Shown one piece after another: positions 46,939 through 56,420 of a stretch of 64,000 nucleotides of DNA. The position numbers and the translations under genes were made by a program. A model generated the notes under the pieces. It saw only the letters and a program-made list of their open reading frames with translations. It was not told the DNA's origin and made no database searches. The stretch comes from Candidatus Nealsonbacteria bacterium (GTDB taxonomy: Bacteria; Patescibacteriota; Minisyncoccia; Minisyncoccales; PWPS01): assembly GCA_003560665.1 (NCBI GenBank), contig PWKK01000023.1, positions 110,417 to 174,416 of the forward strand. The letters are read 5' to 3'. Position 1 is the stretch's first letter. Every line of letters starts with the position of its first letter.

Positions 46939-47652
46939 ATGGAAAATCCGTTAATCGTTGCCAACTGGAAGATGAATCCTCAAACGACAGAAGAAGCAAA
47001 AACAATTGCCCTTTCTTCTGACAGAAAAGGAGTTGTTATCTGTCCTCCCTTTGCCTTTATAAAAAGCGTAAAAGAAAGGGTAAAGAAGGCGGAGATAGGA
47101 GCACAAAACTGTTTCTCGGAAAAGAAAGGGGCTTTCACTGGAGAAACCTCTCCCGTAATGCTAAAAAAGTTGGGGTGCAGATACGTTATTATCGGCCATT
47201 CAGAGAGAAGAGAGTATTTTGGTGAAAATAATAATTTGATTAACAAGAAAATAAAAGTAGTTTTAAAAGAGGGGTTAACGCCGATACTTTGTATTGGAGA
47301 GATGAAAAAAGATACTGGCGGCATGGATGATATTAAGGAGCAGCTTGTCGAGGGAGTTGGCGATCTTCAGGTAAAAAAAATAATTATCGCTTATGAGCCG
47401 ATTTTTGCTATTGGGACGAACTTGCCCTGTGATGTTGAAGAGGCGGAGAAAAAGAAAGTTTTCATCAAAAACGTTCTTGCAAAAAATTACAGCAAAGGAG
47501 AGCAAGCAGCTGTTCTTTACGGCGGTAGCGTCAACTCAAAAAACGCATCTTCTTATATCAAAAAAGCGGGATTTCAGGGCCTCCTTGTCGGTGGTGCTTC
47601 TCTTAAGATAAAAGAGATGAAAAAAATAATAGAAAACGTTTACTCGTTATGA
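46939..47652 (+). CDS. tpiA: Triosephosphate isomerase
   Basis: ANWKMN, IIGHSERR, AYEP, YGGSV. Confidence 0.97.
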   Translation: MENPLIVANWKMNPQTTEEAKTIALSSDRKGVVICPPFAFIKSVKERVKKAEIGAQNCFSEKKGAFTGETSPVMLKKLGCRYVIIGHSERREYFGENNNLINKKIKVVLKEGLTPILCIGEMKKDTGGMDDIKEQLVEGVGDLQVKKIIIAYEPIFAIGTNLPCDVEEAEKKKVFIKNVLAKNYSKGEQAAVLYGGSVNSKNASSYIKKAGFQGLLVGGASLKIKEMKKIIENVYSL

Positions 47653-49517
47653 AATCAGCTGAAATAAGAAAAAGGTTTCTCGAATTTTATAAAAAAAGGA
47701 AACATGTCGTTATTCCTCCCGTTTCTCTGATTCCGGAAAAAGATTCAACTCTGCTTTTTGTTAATTCGGGAATGTTTCCGTTGGTCCCTTATCTAATGGG
47801 AGAAAAGCATCCGGAAGGAAAAAGACTGGCAAATTCGCAAAAATGTTTTCGTAGTGACGACATAGAGGAAGTCGGCGACAAAAGACACACTACTTTTTTT
47901 GAAATGCTTGGTAACTGGTCCCTCGGAGATTACTTTAAAAAGGAACAGTTAAGGTGGGTTGCCGAGCTTTTTTTCGATGAACTGGGACTTGATCCTGAAA
48001 GAATATACGTTTCCGTGTACAGAGGAAACAAAGAAATCGGAATCGAGAGAGATACGGAATCCGTAGAAATTTGGAAAGATATCTTCCAGGAAAGAGGATT
48101 AGAGGCGAAAGACGTTGATTTTGCCGAAAAGAAAGGAATGCAAGAAGGAAGAATATTTTATTACGAGGATAAAGAAAACTGGTGGTCACGTGCAGGGGCT
48201 CCGGAAGATATGCCAGTCGGGGAGCCCGGTGGACCGGACAGTGAACTTTTTTACGACTTAGGAAAAAGTCTCGGCTATCACGAAGAATCCCCCTGGAAAG
48301 ATCAGCCTTGTCATATCAACTGTGACTGTGGCCGTTTCATCGAAATAGGGAACAGTGTTTTTATCGAGTTTGTAAAGCGGGAGAAAGGATTTGAAAAACT
48401 TCTTCAACAGAATGTTGATTTTGGGGGAGGATTGGAAAGGATTGCGATGATTGCTCAAGAAAAGAAGAGCGTTTTTGAAACGGATCTTTTTCTTCCGATA
48501 ATAAAAAAGATAGAGAATCTTTCCGGAGCTAAATATCAGGAAAACACGAAATCGTTTGAGATTATTGCCGACCACATAAAAGCTTCTGTGTTTATCATTG
48601 GCGATGAGAGGGGGATTTCTCCATCTAACAAGCAACAAGGATACTTTGTAAGAAGATTAATCAGGAGGGCGATTCGACACGGAAAACAGCTTGGTGTTAA
48701 ATCCGATTCTTGGCTTCAGGATGTTGCAAGAGAAGTTGTCGAGATATACAAAGATGTATACCCGGAAGTAAAAAAGAACAGCGATTTTGTCTTTAAAGAA
48801 ATGGAAAAAGAGGAATCCGTTTTCCAAAAAACACTGGAGAGAGGGATAAAAGAGTTTGAAAAACTAAAGGGGGAGAAGATCATTGACGGAAAAAAAGCGG
48901 CTTTTCTCTACCAAACATACGGTTTTCCGGTGGAGTTGATTGAGGAGTTGGCTCGAGAAAGAGGTCAAAACGTAGATGTGAAAGAATTTTACAGAGAGAT
49001 GGAAAAACACAAAAATCTTTCAAGAGAGCTTTCGGCAGGAGTTTTCAAGAGTGGGCTGGCGGACGGAGAGGAGAAAACAGTTAAATATCATACCACTACA
49101 CACCTTTTGCTTTCGGCACTGAGAAAGGTTTTCGGCGATAGTGTTGTCCAAAAAGGAAGCAACATTACTTCCGAAAGACTGCGCTTTGATTTTTCACACA
49201 AAGAAAAGCTTACAGAAGAGGAGATAAAAAAAGTGGAAGACTTGGTTAACGAGATGATTGAAAAAGACTTGTTTGTTAAAAAAGAAGAGATGGGCTTGCA
49301 AGATGCGTTGGATTCGGGGGTTGTTGCCTCGTTTGGCGAAAAGTATCCTTCGAGGGTTTTGGTTTATTCTATTGTTGATGATAATGGAAAAGAGTTTTCT
49401 CGAGAGATTTGTGGCGGTCCGCATGTTGAGAAAACATCGGTTTTAGGCAAGTTTTCTATTAAAAAAGAAGAAGCTTCTTCGGCGGGAGTAAGAAGAATAA
49501 AAGCGATACTGGAGTAA
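47649..49517 (+). CDS. alaS: Alanine--tRNA ligase (short form lacking C-Ala)
   Basis: HTTFFEMLGN, DFGGGLER, HTTTHLL, CGGPHV, ends GVRRIKA. Confidence 0.95.
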   Translation: MKSAEIRKRFLEFYKKRKHVVIPPVSLIPEKDSTLLFVNSGMFPLVPYLMGEKHPEGKRLANSQKCFRSDDIEEVGDKRHTTFFEMLGNWSLGDYFKKEQLRWVAELFFDELGLDPERIYVSVYRGNKEIGIERDTESVEIWKDIFQERGLEAKDVDFAEKKGMQEGRIFYYEDKENWWSRAGAPEDMPVGEPGGPDSELFYDLGKSLGYHEESPWKDQPCHINCDCGRFIEIGNSVFIEFVKREKGFEKLLQQNVDFGGGLERIAMIAQEKKSVFETDLFLPIIKKIENLSGAKYQENTKSFEIIADHIKASVFIIGDERGISPSNKQQGYFVRRLIRRAIRHGKQLGVKSDSWLQDVAREVVEIYKDVYPEVKKNSDFVFKEMEKEESVFQKTLERGIKEFEKLKGEKIIDGKKAAFLYQTYGFPVELIEELARERGQNVDVKEFYREMEKHKNLSRELSAGVFKSGLADGEEKTVKYHTTTHLLLSALRKVFGDSVVQKGSNITSERLRFDFSHKEKLTEEEIKKVEDLVNEMIEKDLFVKKEEMGLQDALDSGVVASFGEKYPSRVLVYSIVDDNGKEFSREICGGPHVEKTSVLGKFSIKKEEASSAGVRRIKAILE

Positions 49518-49563
49518 AAATCGGGATTGCTATTTTCGTTAAAATAAGGTAAATTAGACACCA

Positions 49564-50775
49564 ATGAGAAAAAAAGTAATTGATATATATCCACCCTCTG
49601 GAAAAGAAGGATGAAAAAAGAAGGATTACCACGGAGTAGCTGGAAAAGAAAATGCTAAAAAGGGATGGTTTATTCCTGTTTTTTTGCTTTTTGCTCTTGT
49701 GCTTGGATACTTTTACTACAACTCTTACCGGACAGAGATTATCATATATCCAAAAACAGAAGAGTTTCGCGGGGAAGAAGAAGTTTTAGTGAGAAGTTCC
49801 GGGGCTCTTGGAGAAGGAGAGTTAAGGGGAGTGGTGCTTAGCGAGAGAGTTTCTGATACTCGTGATTTTCCGATAGAGGGAAGAAGGTTGATAGAAGAAA
49901 AAGCAACGGGAGAAATCAAAGTTTGTCAGGACTATCGAGACTCTTCGGTCCCCTTTAGAGAAGGAACGAGATTTGTCTCAGACGGAGGAAAAACATTTTT
50001 AGCGAAAGATTCTTTTACTCTTCCCTCAAGGCAAGAAAATGACGGTTGTAGCATGGTTGGTGTGATTGCCGGTGAGGCGGGAGAAGAGTACAACATCCAT
50101 TCTGATTCAAAGTTCGCTCTGCCCGGGCTTGAAGGAACAAATATTTACGGGAATGTAAAGGGGGTTTCGTTTACTCTGGAAAAAGAAGGAGTAGCAAGAG
50201 AAGTTCCTTATCTTGACGATGATACAATGGAAAGAGCGGAAGAGGAAATGAAAAGAGACCTTTTTGAAAAAGGAAGAAAAATAATAGAGGAAGAGTATGA
50301 AGAAGAGTACTGGCTTGAGAGTGAAGCTCAGTATGTGGTAGAAGTTGCTGAAAGAGATTTTACGGAAGAAGAAGAGGAGGAAGATGCAGAAAAATTCCAC
50401 TTTACATTAGACGTCGATGTTCGAGTAATTGCGGTACAAAAAGATAATTTGGACCGATTTATCACAACCTTTTTGCCCGAAAACCACACTTGGCGGGAAG
50501 AAACAGAGGAAATAAACGTTGAGTTCACAAGAATAAATTTTGAAGAGGGAGAAGCGGATGTTTCGATTAGTTTTACAGCGGAGATTTACGAGAGGGTTGA
50601 TAAAGAAGAGTGGCGACGAGAGCTTGCCGGACTTGATTTTGTCGAAGCGGAAAGGTTGCTCGAAGAAAAGATTCCGGAGGGAAGTGTGAGCATCAAAACA
50701 CGTCCTTTTGGTTTCAATAGAATATCGGGTTCGCTAAACAGAGTAGAGGTGTTGTTGGAGTTTGACAAAAATTAA
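49564..50775 (+). CDS. CPR membrane-anchored baseplate J/gp47-like protein; in-frame TGA at 49612-49614
   Basis: KATGEIKV..GTRFVS..AGEAGEEYNI..FALPG; upstream in-frame ATG with MRKKVIDIYPP. Confidence 0.7.
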
Positions 50776-50801
50776 AAAAATGTTATTCTTAGGCGTTGTT
50801 A

Positions 50802-51014
50802 ATGAGTTCTGACACTAACAAAGTAAAAGGAGTTGTTTTAGAGGCATTACCCAATATGCATTTTAGGGTCAAACTTGATGATGGACCGGAAATAGGGGCT
50901 CATTTAGCGGGAAAGTTAAGAATTCATCGAATAAAGGTTCTTCCTGGAGACAAAGTAACGGTAGAAGTGAATGATTACGACAAAACCAAGGGAAGGATTG
51001 TTTATCGCGGATAA
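50802..51014 (+). CDS. infA: Translation initiation factor IF-1
   Basis: [21 protein letters not shown]; promoter TTGACA-16 bp-TATTCT at 50762-50789. Confidence 0.96.
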   Translation: MSSDTNKVKGVVLEALPNMHFRVKLDDGPEIGAHLAGKLRIHRIKVLPGDKVTVEVNDYDKTKGRIVYRG

Positions 51015-51131
51015 AGGCAGTGTGCTTAGAGTTTCCGGAAATTATTTCCGGGGCCGTTTGTTTTTTATTTGTGTGAAATTCTTTTTCCGCGTTTTCTCGC
51101 GGAATTAAATTATTAAAATTAAGTAAAAAGA

Positions 51132-51245
51132 ATGAAGATACAGTCGTCAGTAAAGAAAATTTGTCGAGACTGCAAGGTTGTTCGAAGAAAGAACAGGGTT
51201 TATATTATTTGTAAAAACAAAAGACACAAACAAAGACAAGGGTAA
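51132..51245 (+). CDS. rpmJ: 50S ribosomal protein L36 (below the ORF-track size cutoff)
   Basis: [37 protein letters not shown]. Confidence 0.97.
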   Translation: MKIQSSVKKICRDCKVVRRKNRVYIICKNKRHKQRQG

Positions 51246-51258
51246 GATAAATGAAAAA

Positions 51259-51645
51259 ATGAGAATTTCAGGAGTAAATATACCAAAAGAAAAAAGAGTA
51301 GTTGTTTCTCTCACCTATGTTTTCGGCATCGGGCCTTCTTTAAGTAGGGATGTACTAAAGGAGGCGAAGGTTGATCAGTCAAAGCGAGTTAAAGACTTGA
51401 CCGACGAAGAGATAAAAAAAGTGAGAGAGATTATTGAAAAAAAACACAGAACGGAAGGAGAGCTTCGTCGAGAAAGAAGAGACTCTATTGAGAGGTTGAA
51501 ACGCATTGATTCCTATCGCGGATCAAGACACAAAAAAGGTCTTCCTGCCAGAGGACAAAACACAAGAACAAACAACCGCACTTTAAGAGGAAACGTCAGA
51601 AGGGTTGCCGGATCGGGAAAGAAAGCTCCTCCGGCGGCAAAGTAA
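51259..51645 (+). CDS. rpsM: 30S ribosomal protein S13
   Basis: MRISGVNIP, GLPARGQNTRTN. Confidence 0.97.
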   Translation: MRISGVNIPKEKRVVVSLTYVFGIGPSLSRDVLKEAKVDQSKRVKDLTDEEIKKVREIIEKKHRTEGELRRERRDSIERLKRIDSYRGSRHKKGLPARGQNTRTNNRTLRGNVRRVAGSGKKAPPAAK

Positions 51646-51670
51646 AATAATTTATGAGAAACATTGTTTC

Positions 51671-52120
51671 ATGGGCAAGAAAAGAGTAATAGAAAAATCG
51701 GAAAAAGAGATTATCCAAGAAAAGGATAAGACTGATGCTTCCAAAAAAAAGAAGTTGAAGACAAAAAGAAAGGGACTTGATTACGGATGCATTTATATCT
51801 CTGCTTCCTATAACAACACGATGATGACCCTTACCGATAAACAGGGAAAAGTTTTGTCTTGGGCCACTGCCGGTAATTTAGGATTTAAAGGAACGAAAAA
51901 AGCAACCCCCTACGCGGCCTCAGAAGTTGCAAATACTCTTTGTGAGAAAGCGGAAAAAATGGGAATGAAAGAGGTGGATGTCTTTGTAAAAGGGGTGGGG
52001 AGCGGAAGATCTTCAGCGCTTCGGGCTTTGGCTGCCAGAGATGTTATTATAAATTTGATTAAGGACATCACCCCTATTCCTCACAACGGGTGCCGTCCGA
52101 AAAAACCCAGAAGAACATAA
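51671..52120 (+). CDS. rpsK: 30S ribosomal protein S11
   Basis: ASYNNT, TPYAA, TPIPHNGCRP. Confidence 0.97.
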   Translation: MGKKRVIEKSEKEIIQEKDKTDASKKKKLKTKRKGLDYGCIYISASYNNTMMTLTDKQGKVLSWATAGNLGFKGTKKATPYAASEVANTLCEKAEKMGMKEVDVFVKGVGSGRSSALRALAARDVIINLIKDITPIPHNGCRPKKPRRT

Positions 52121-52125
52121 TTACT

Positions 52126-52758
52126 ATGATAAAAACTGCAGAATGTAAAAAATGTCGTCGTGCAGGGGTAAAGCTTTTCTTAAAAGGTGAAAAGTGCGAG
52201 TCTCAGAAATGCCCGATGATAAAAAAACCTTACCCGCCCGGACAAAAGCCGAAAAGAAGAAAGGGCCATACTTCTCAATACGGAAAAGAGCTTGCCGAAA
52301 AGCAAAAGCTACGTCGGTGGTATAACTTACAGGAAAAACAACTTCTCAGATATGTAAAATCTGTTATTGAGAAGCAGAAAGAGACAGAGTCTGCCGGAGA
52401 TCAGCTTTTAAGGAGGTTGGAAGAAAGGATGGACAACATGGTTTACCGCTCTGGATTTGCTTCCTCAAGGTCACAAGCAAGACAGATGATAACCCACTGC
52501 TTTTTCCATGTTAACCAAAAGCCTGTTGACAGGCCCTCATGCAGAATAAAACAGGGAGATGTAATCTCTGTTCGCCCGGGGAAAAAGAAAAAGATTATTT
52601 TTGGAAACTTCAGTGAAACAATGAAAAACTTTACTCCTCCAGCATGGATTTCACTGGATAAAGAAAAAATGGAGGCGAAAGTGATTGGCGGTGCGGTAAT
52701 CGATGAAGTCGCTCCCCCAATAGAAATTTCCTCTATATTTGAGTTCTATTCTAGATAA
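52126..52758 (+). CDS. rpsD: 30S ribosomal protein S4
   Basis: CKKCRR, EKQKLR, LEERMDN, EFYSR. Confidence 0.97.
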   Translation: MIKTAECKKCRRAGVKLFLKGEKCESQKCPMIKKPYPPGQKPKRRKGHTSQYGKELAEKQKLRRWYNLQEKQLLRYVKSVIEKQKETESAGDQLLRRLEERMDNMVYRSGFASSRSQARQMITHCFFHVNQKPVDRPSCRIKQGDVISVRPGKKKKIIFGNFSETMKNFTPPAWISLDKEKMEAKVIGGAVIDEVAPPIEISSIFEFYSR

Positions 52759-52771
52759 ATAATAAAAAAAT

Positions 52772-53725
52772 ATGATCTCACTACCATCAAAACCAAAAAT
52801 TGTGGAGAAAAAAGAAGAAAACAAAGCGCTTTTTGAAATAGATTCTCTTTACCCTGGATACGGCACAACTATCGGAAACAGTTTAAGGCGCGTTCTTCTC
52901 TCTTCTCTTAGCGGTGCGGCGGTTACAAAGGTAAAGATAGATGGGGTAAATCATGAATTTTCCACTATTCCTGGTGTGATGGAAGATGTGATTACAATTA
53001 TTCTTAACTTAAAAGAACTTCGTTTTCGTATTCATTCCGATGAGCCGCAAACAATAAAGATCAGAGAAAAAGGAGGTGGTGATGTAAAGGGCTCGCACCT
53101 GCAACTACCGACACAAGTAGAGCTTGTTAATCCCGAGGCACATATTGCTACACTTACTGACAAAAAAGCTTCTTTAGAAATGGAGATAGAGGTTGAAAAA
53201 GGGACGGGTTATTCTTCCTCGGAAGATAAAAAGGAAGAAAAGCTTGAGGTGGGTCAGATTCTCGTTGATTCTCTTTTTACTCCAGTCAAAAGAGCCAACT
53301 TTTATGTTGAGAGCATGCGCGTTGGAAAAAGAACCGATTTTGACCGACTTTTCGTAGAAGTAGAAACAGACAGAACAATTTCTCCCGAAGAAGCTCTCTT
53401 TCAGGCGGTTGATATTTTGGCCAAGCATTATTCAATACTCTCTTCTTTTTCAGAGGTGGAAGATAAAGAAGAAAAGAAAGCGGCAAAAAAGAAGGACAAG
53501 AAAAGCGAGAAAAAAACAGAGAACAAGGAAGAAGAAATGGAAGTTGATGAGTTGGACATTTCTACGCGTACGGCAAATGTTTTAAAGGAAAACAGGATAA
53601 AAAAAGTGAAGGGTCTTTTGAAAAAAACAGAGGAAACAGTTGCTTCTCTAGAGGGGATGGGAGATAAGGGAGTTGAAGAAGTGAAAAAAGAACTGAAAAA
53701 GAAAAAAATGGAACTGAAAAAATAA
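52772..53725 (+). CDS. rpoA: RNA polymerase alpha subunit
   Basis: GYGTTIGNSLRRVLLSSL, HEFSTIPGV. Confidence 0.98.
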   Translation: MISLPSKPKIVEKKEENKALFEIDSLYPGYGTTIGNSLRRVLLSSLSGAAVTKVKIDGVNHEFSTIPGVMEDVITIILNLKELRFRIHSDEPQTIKIREKGGGDVKGSHLQLPTQVELVNPEAHIATLTDKKASLEMEIEVEKGTGYSSSEDKKEEKLEVGQILVDSLFTPVKRANFYVESMRVGKRTDFDRLFVEVETDRTISPEEALFQAVDILAKHYSILSSFSEVEDKEEKKAAKKKDKKSEKKTENKEEEMEVDELDISTRTANVLKENRIKKVKGLLKKTEETVASLEGMGDKGVEEVKKELKKKKMELKK

Positions 53726-53727
53726 AA

Positions 53728-54075
53728 ATGCCCAGAATAAAAAACAAAAGAAGATTTGGTCGAAAAAGAGATCAGCGCCGAGCGCTCCTTCTTTCTCTTT
53801 CCCGTGCCCTTGTTTTGCAAGAAAAGATAGAAACAACGGAGGCAAAGGCGAAAGAGCTGAGATCTTTTGCCGAAAAGTTGATAACTCGTGCCAAAGAAGA
53901 CACTCTTTATAACAGAAGAGTTTTGACGAAAAGACTATCAGAGGACGTCGCAAAGAAGCTTATAAAAGAGATAGGACCGAGATACAAGGATCGTTCGGGA
54001 GGATATACCAGAATTACGAAGCTCGGGCAAAGACAGGAGGATGGCGCAAGAATGGCCGTTATTGAGCTGGTATAG
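53728..54075 (+). CDS. rplQ: 50S ribosomal protein L17
   Basis: IETTEAKAK, GGYTRI. Confidence 0.97.
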   Translation: MPRIKNKRRFGRKRDQRRALLLSLSRALVLQEKIETTEAKAKELRSFAEKLITRAKEDTLYNRRVLTKRLSEDVAKKLIKEIGPRYKDRSGGYTRITKLGQRQEDGARMAVIELV

Positions 54076-54094
54076 ATTTAAGTAAAATAAATTT

Positions 54095-54466
54095 ATGATG
54101 GAAAAAACCTCCAATCAAGTAGAAAGAAAAACACATGTTGTTGATGTTACAAAAAGGCCTCTCGGCAGGGTTGCCACGGAGATAGCGGTGCTTTTGATGG
54201 GGAAGGACAAAGAGAATTACAGACCACACGAAGACAAAGGAGGATTTGTCACGGTTAAGAATATTGAAAAAATAGTTTTGACAGGAAACAAGAGTGAAGC
54301 GAAAGAGTATTACTATCACAGCGGATACCCGGGAGGACTAAAAAAGGTTTCTTATAAAAAAATGCTTGAAAAAGGACCCGGAACCGCACTAAAAAAGGCG
54401 GTTTACGGAATGTTGCCCAAGAATAAATTAAGAAAAGAAAGAATAAAAAGACTCTCAATAGAATAA
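54095..54466 (+). CDS. rplM: 50S ribosomal protein L13
   Basis: LGRVAT, HSGYPGG, GMLPKN. Confidence 0.96.
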   Translation: MMEKTSNQVERKTHVVDVTKRPLGRVATEIAVLLMGKDKENYRPHEDKGGFVTVKNIEKIVLTGNKSEAKEYYYHSGYPGGLKKVSYKKMLEKGPGTALKKAVYGMLPKNKLRKERIKRLSIE

Positions 54467-54467
54467 A

Positions 54468-54917
54468 ATGCCTACCAAAGAAAAAACAAAAACTAAAACT
54501 GAAACGAAGACAAAAAGCAAGAAAAAGGAAAAATACTATCAAGCGGTGGGAAGAAGAAAAAAAGCCACCTCTGTTGTCCGTCTTTATGAAAAAAAAGACG
54601 GAGGAATAACGGTTAACGGGAAAAAATTTGAAGAGTATTTTCCGGAGTTTAGTTCACAGAAAAAGGTGAGGGAACCCCTTGAGGAATTGGATTTAATGAA
54701 AAAGTTTTCCGTTTCGGCGAAGGTTTTGGGAGGGGGAGTGAAGTCACAGGCGGAAGCGGTTCGACACGGAATTACACGTGCACTGGTTTTGTTTGATGAA
54801 AGTCTTCGCAAGCAACTGAAATCCACAGGATATCTTACTCGAGATCCTCGAATGAGAGAAAGAAAGAAGCCGGGATTGAAGAGAGCAAGAAGGGCTCCAC
54901 AATGGAGAAAGAGGTAA
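54468..54917 (+). CDS. rpsI: 30S ribosomal protein S9
   Basis: GRRK, LTRDPR, ERKKPG. Confidence 0.97.
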   Translation: MPTKEKTKTKTETKTKSKKKEKYYQAVGRRKKATSVVRLYEKKDGGITVNGKKFEEYFPEFSSQKKVREPLEELDLMKKFSVSAKVLGGGVKSQAEAVRHGITRALVLFDESLRKQLKSTGYLTRDPRMRERKKPGLKRARRAPQWRKR

Positions 54918-54938
54918 AATTTAACAAAAATCAACACC

Positions 54939-54980
54939 TCCCCACGTGTATCATAAGAGTGTGCGTGGGGATTTGCTATT
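54939..54980 (+). terminator. Hairpin ending the ribosomal superoperon
   Basis: tccccacgtgta/tgtgcgtgggga with G-U pairs; weak U tail. Confidence 0.55.
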
Positions 54981-55035
54981 TGTGCTTCTCTGTATTATAA
55001 TGACGCAGCAGGAAACCCTTATAAAAACAAGGAAG

Positions 55036-56328
55036 ATGACTGATAAATTAATTATTGAAGGCAAAAGTAAGCTAGAGGGAGTTATTGATGTAAAAGGATC
55101 AAAAAACGCCGCTACTCCGATTATTGCTGCAACCCTTCTTACCTCTTCTCCGTGTATTTTGGATAATGTCCCCCTTGTCGGTGATGTGGAGAAGATGCTT
55201 GAAATTGTAAAAAAATTAGGCGCGGAGGTAGATTTTATAGAAAAAAGAAAAGTAAAGATTACTGCTAAAAATATCAGCCCGGAAAAACTGGACTTTGATA
55301 TGATTAACAAGATGAGGTCCTCCATTCTTTTTATAGGACCTCTTCTTGCTCGTTTCGGGACAGTAAGAATTCCTCAGCCGGGAGGTTGTATTATCGGTTC
55401 ACGTCCGATAGATTTTCACATCAACGCTTTTTCTAAAATGGGAATAACAATTGAAGAGTTTGGACTAAAGAAGAACGGATCAAGAAGCTCGAATGTTTAT
55501 CACTTTAACGCTCCAAAGGGAGTCAAGGGAAAAGAGGTTGTTTTTGACGGATTTTCCGTAACAGGGACGGAAAACGTGATGATGGCGGCTACCTTGGCAA
55601 AAGGGAAAACAACGATAAAAATTGCCGCTACTGAACCACATGTTCAAGATTTGGCACTGTTTTTAAAAAAAATGGGCGCGAACATCAAAGGAGAAGGAAC
55701 AAGCACAATCGAAATAAAAGGAAGAAAAGAGCTTACCGGAGCAGAGCATTTTATCTGCTATGATTATATAGAAGCAGGAACACTTATTATTCTCGCTGTT
55801 GCCACAAAGGGAAGTGTGTGCATAGAAAATGCACCTGTAGAGAACCTGAAACTTCTTTTAAATAAGTTGAAAAGCTCCGGAGCAAAGCTGAAAATAGGGA
55901 AGAGTAGTGTGGTTGTTTCTCCTGGAAAAAAGCTTGTTATTGACAGAGTGCAGGCTATGCCTTATCCCGGAATCCCAACCGACTTGCAGGCACCGATAGG
56001 GGTACTTTCCACACAAGCGGAAGGACTTACCCTTATTCACGATCCAATTTTCGAAGGAAGACTGAAGTATTTGGAAGAGCTCAACAAGATGGGGGCGGAG
56101 ATTGTAATTTGCGATCCGCACAGAGCGATAATTAACGGACCAACCAAATTACATGGCGGTAAGCTCGACCCGTTAGATCTTCGTGCTGGAGCGGCAATTA
56201 TTATTGCGGGTCTTGTCGCTGACGGAACAACCGTTATCAGAGATGTCACGCAAGCTGACAGAGGGTATGAGGAGATTGATAAAAGGCTTTGTAAAATAGG
56301 AGCAAGAATAAAAAGAATAAATCGGTAA
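55036..56328 (+). CDS. murA: UDP-N-acetylglucosamine 1-carboxyvinyltransferase
   Basis: GSKNA, PGGCIIGSRP, DLRAG, DRGYE. Confidence 0.97.
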   Translation: MTDKLIIEGKSKLEGVIDVKGSKNAATPIIAATLLTSSPCILDNVPLVGDVEKMLEIVKKLGAEVDFIEKRKVKITAKNISPEKLDFDMINKMRSSILFIGPLLARFGTVRIPQPGGCIIGSRPIDFHINAFSKMGITIEEFGLKKNGSRSSNVYHFNAPKGVKGKEVVFDGFSVTGTENVMMAATLAKGKTTIKIAATEPHVQDLALFLKKMGANIKGEGTSTIEIKGRKELTGAEHFICYDYIEAGTLIILAVATKGSVCIENAPVENLKLLLNKLKSSGAKLKIGKSSVVVSPGKKLVIDRVQAMPYPGIPTDLQAPIGVLSTQAEGLTLIHDPIFEGRLKYLEELNKMGAEIVICDPHRAIINGPTKLHGGKLDPLDLRAGAAIIIAGLVADGTTVIRDVTQADRGYEEIDKRLCKIGARIKRINR

Positions 56329-56420
56329 TTTAAGTTTTGGAACGTGGAATCTGAGGCACGGAATCAGAAGAGGGAGATTTCAGTCTTGCCTTCCGTATTA
56401 AACGTTTTATATTATAAATT

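Noticed and set aside
47649-49517. alaS as a truncated pseudogene
   Set aside because: Catalytic and editing motifs are intact, and short AlaRS forms ending at GVRRI are a known type
49612-49660. Selenocysteine insertion at the in-frame UGA
   Set aside because: No convincing SECIS hairpin, and the codon is in a charged linker rather than a catalytic Cys position
56329-56420. ACGTGGAATCTGA/GCACGGAATCAGA short repeats as a CRISPR or iteron array
   Set aside because: Only two imperfect ~13-nt units, with no spacers and no cas or rep genes
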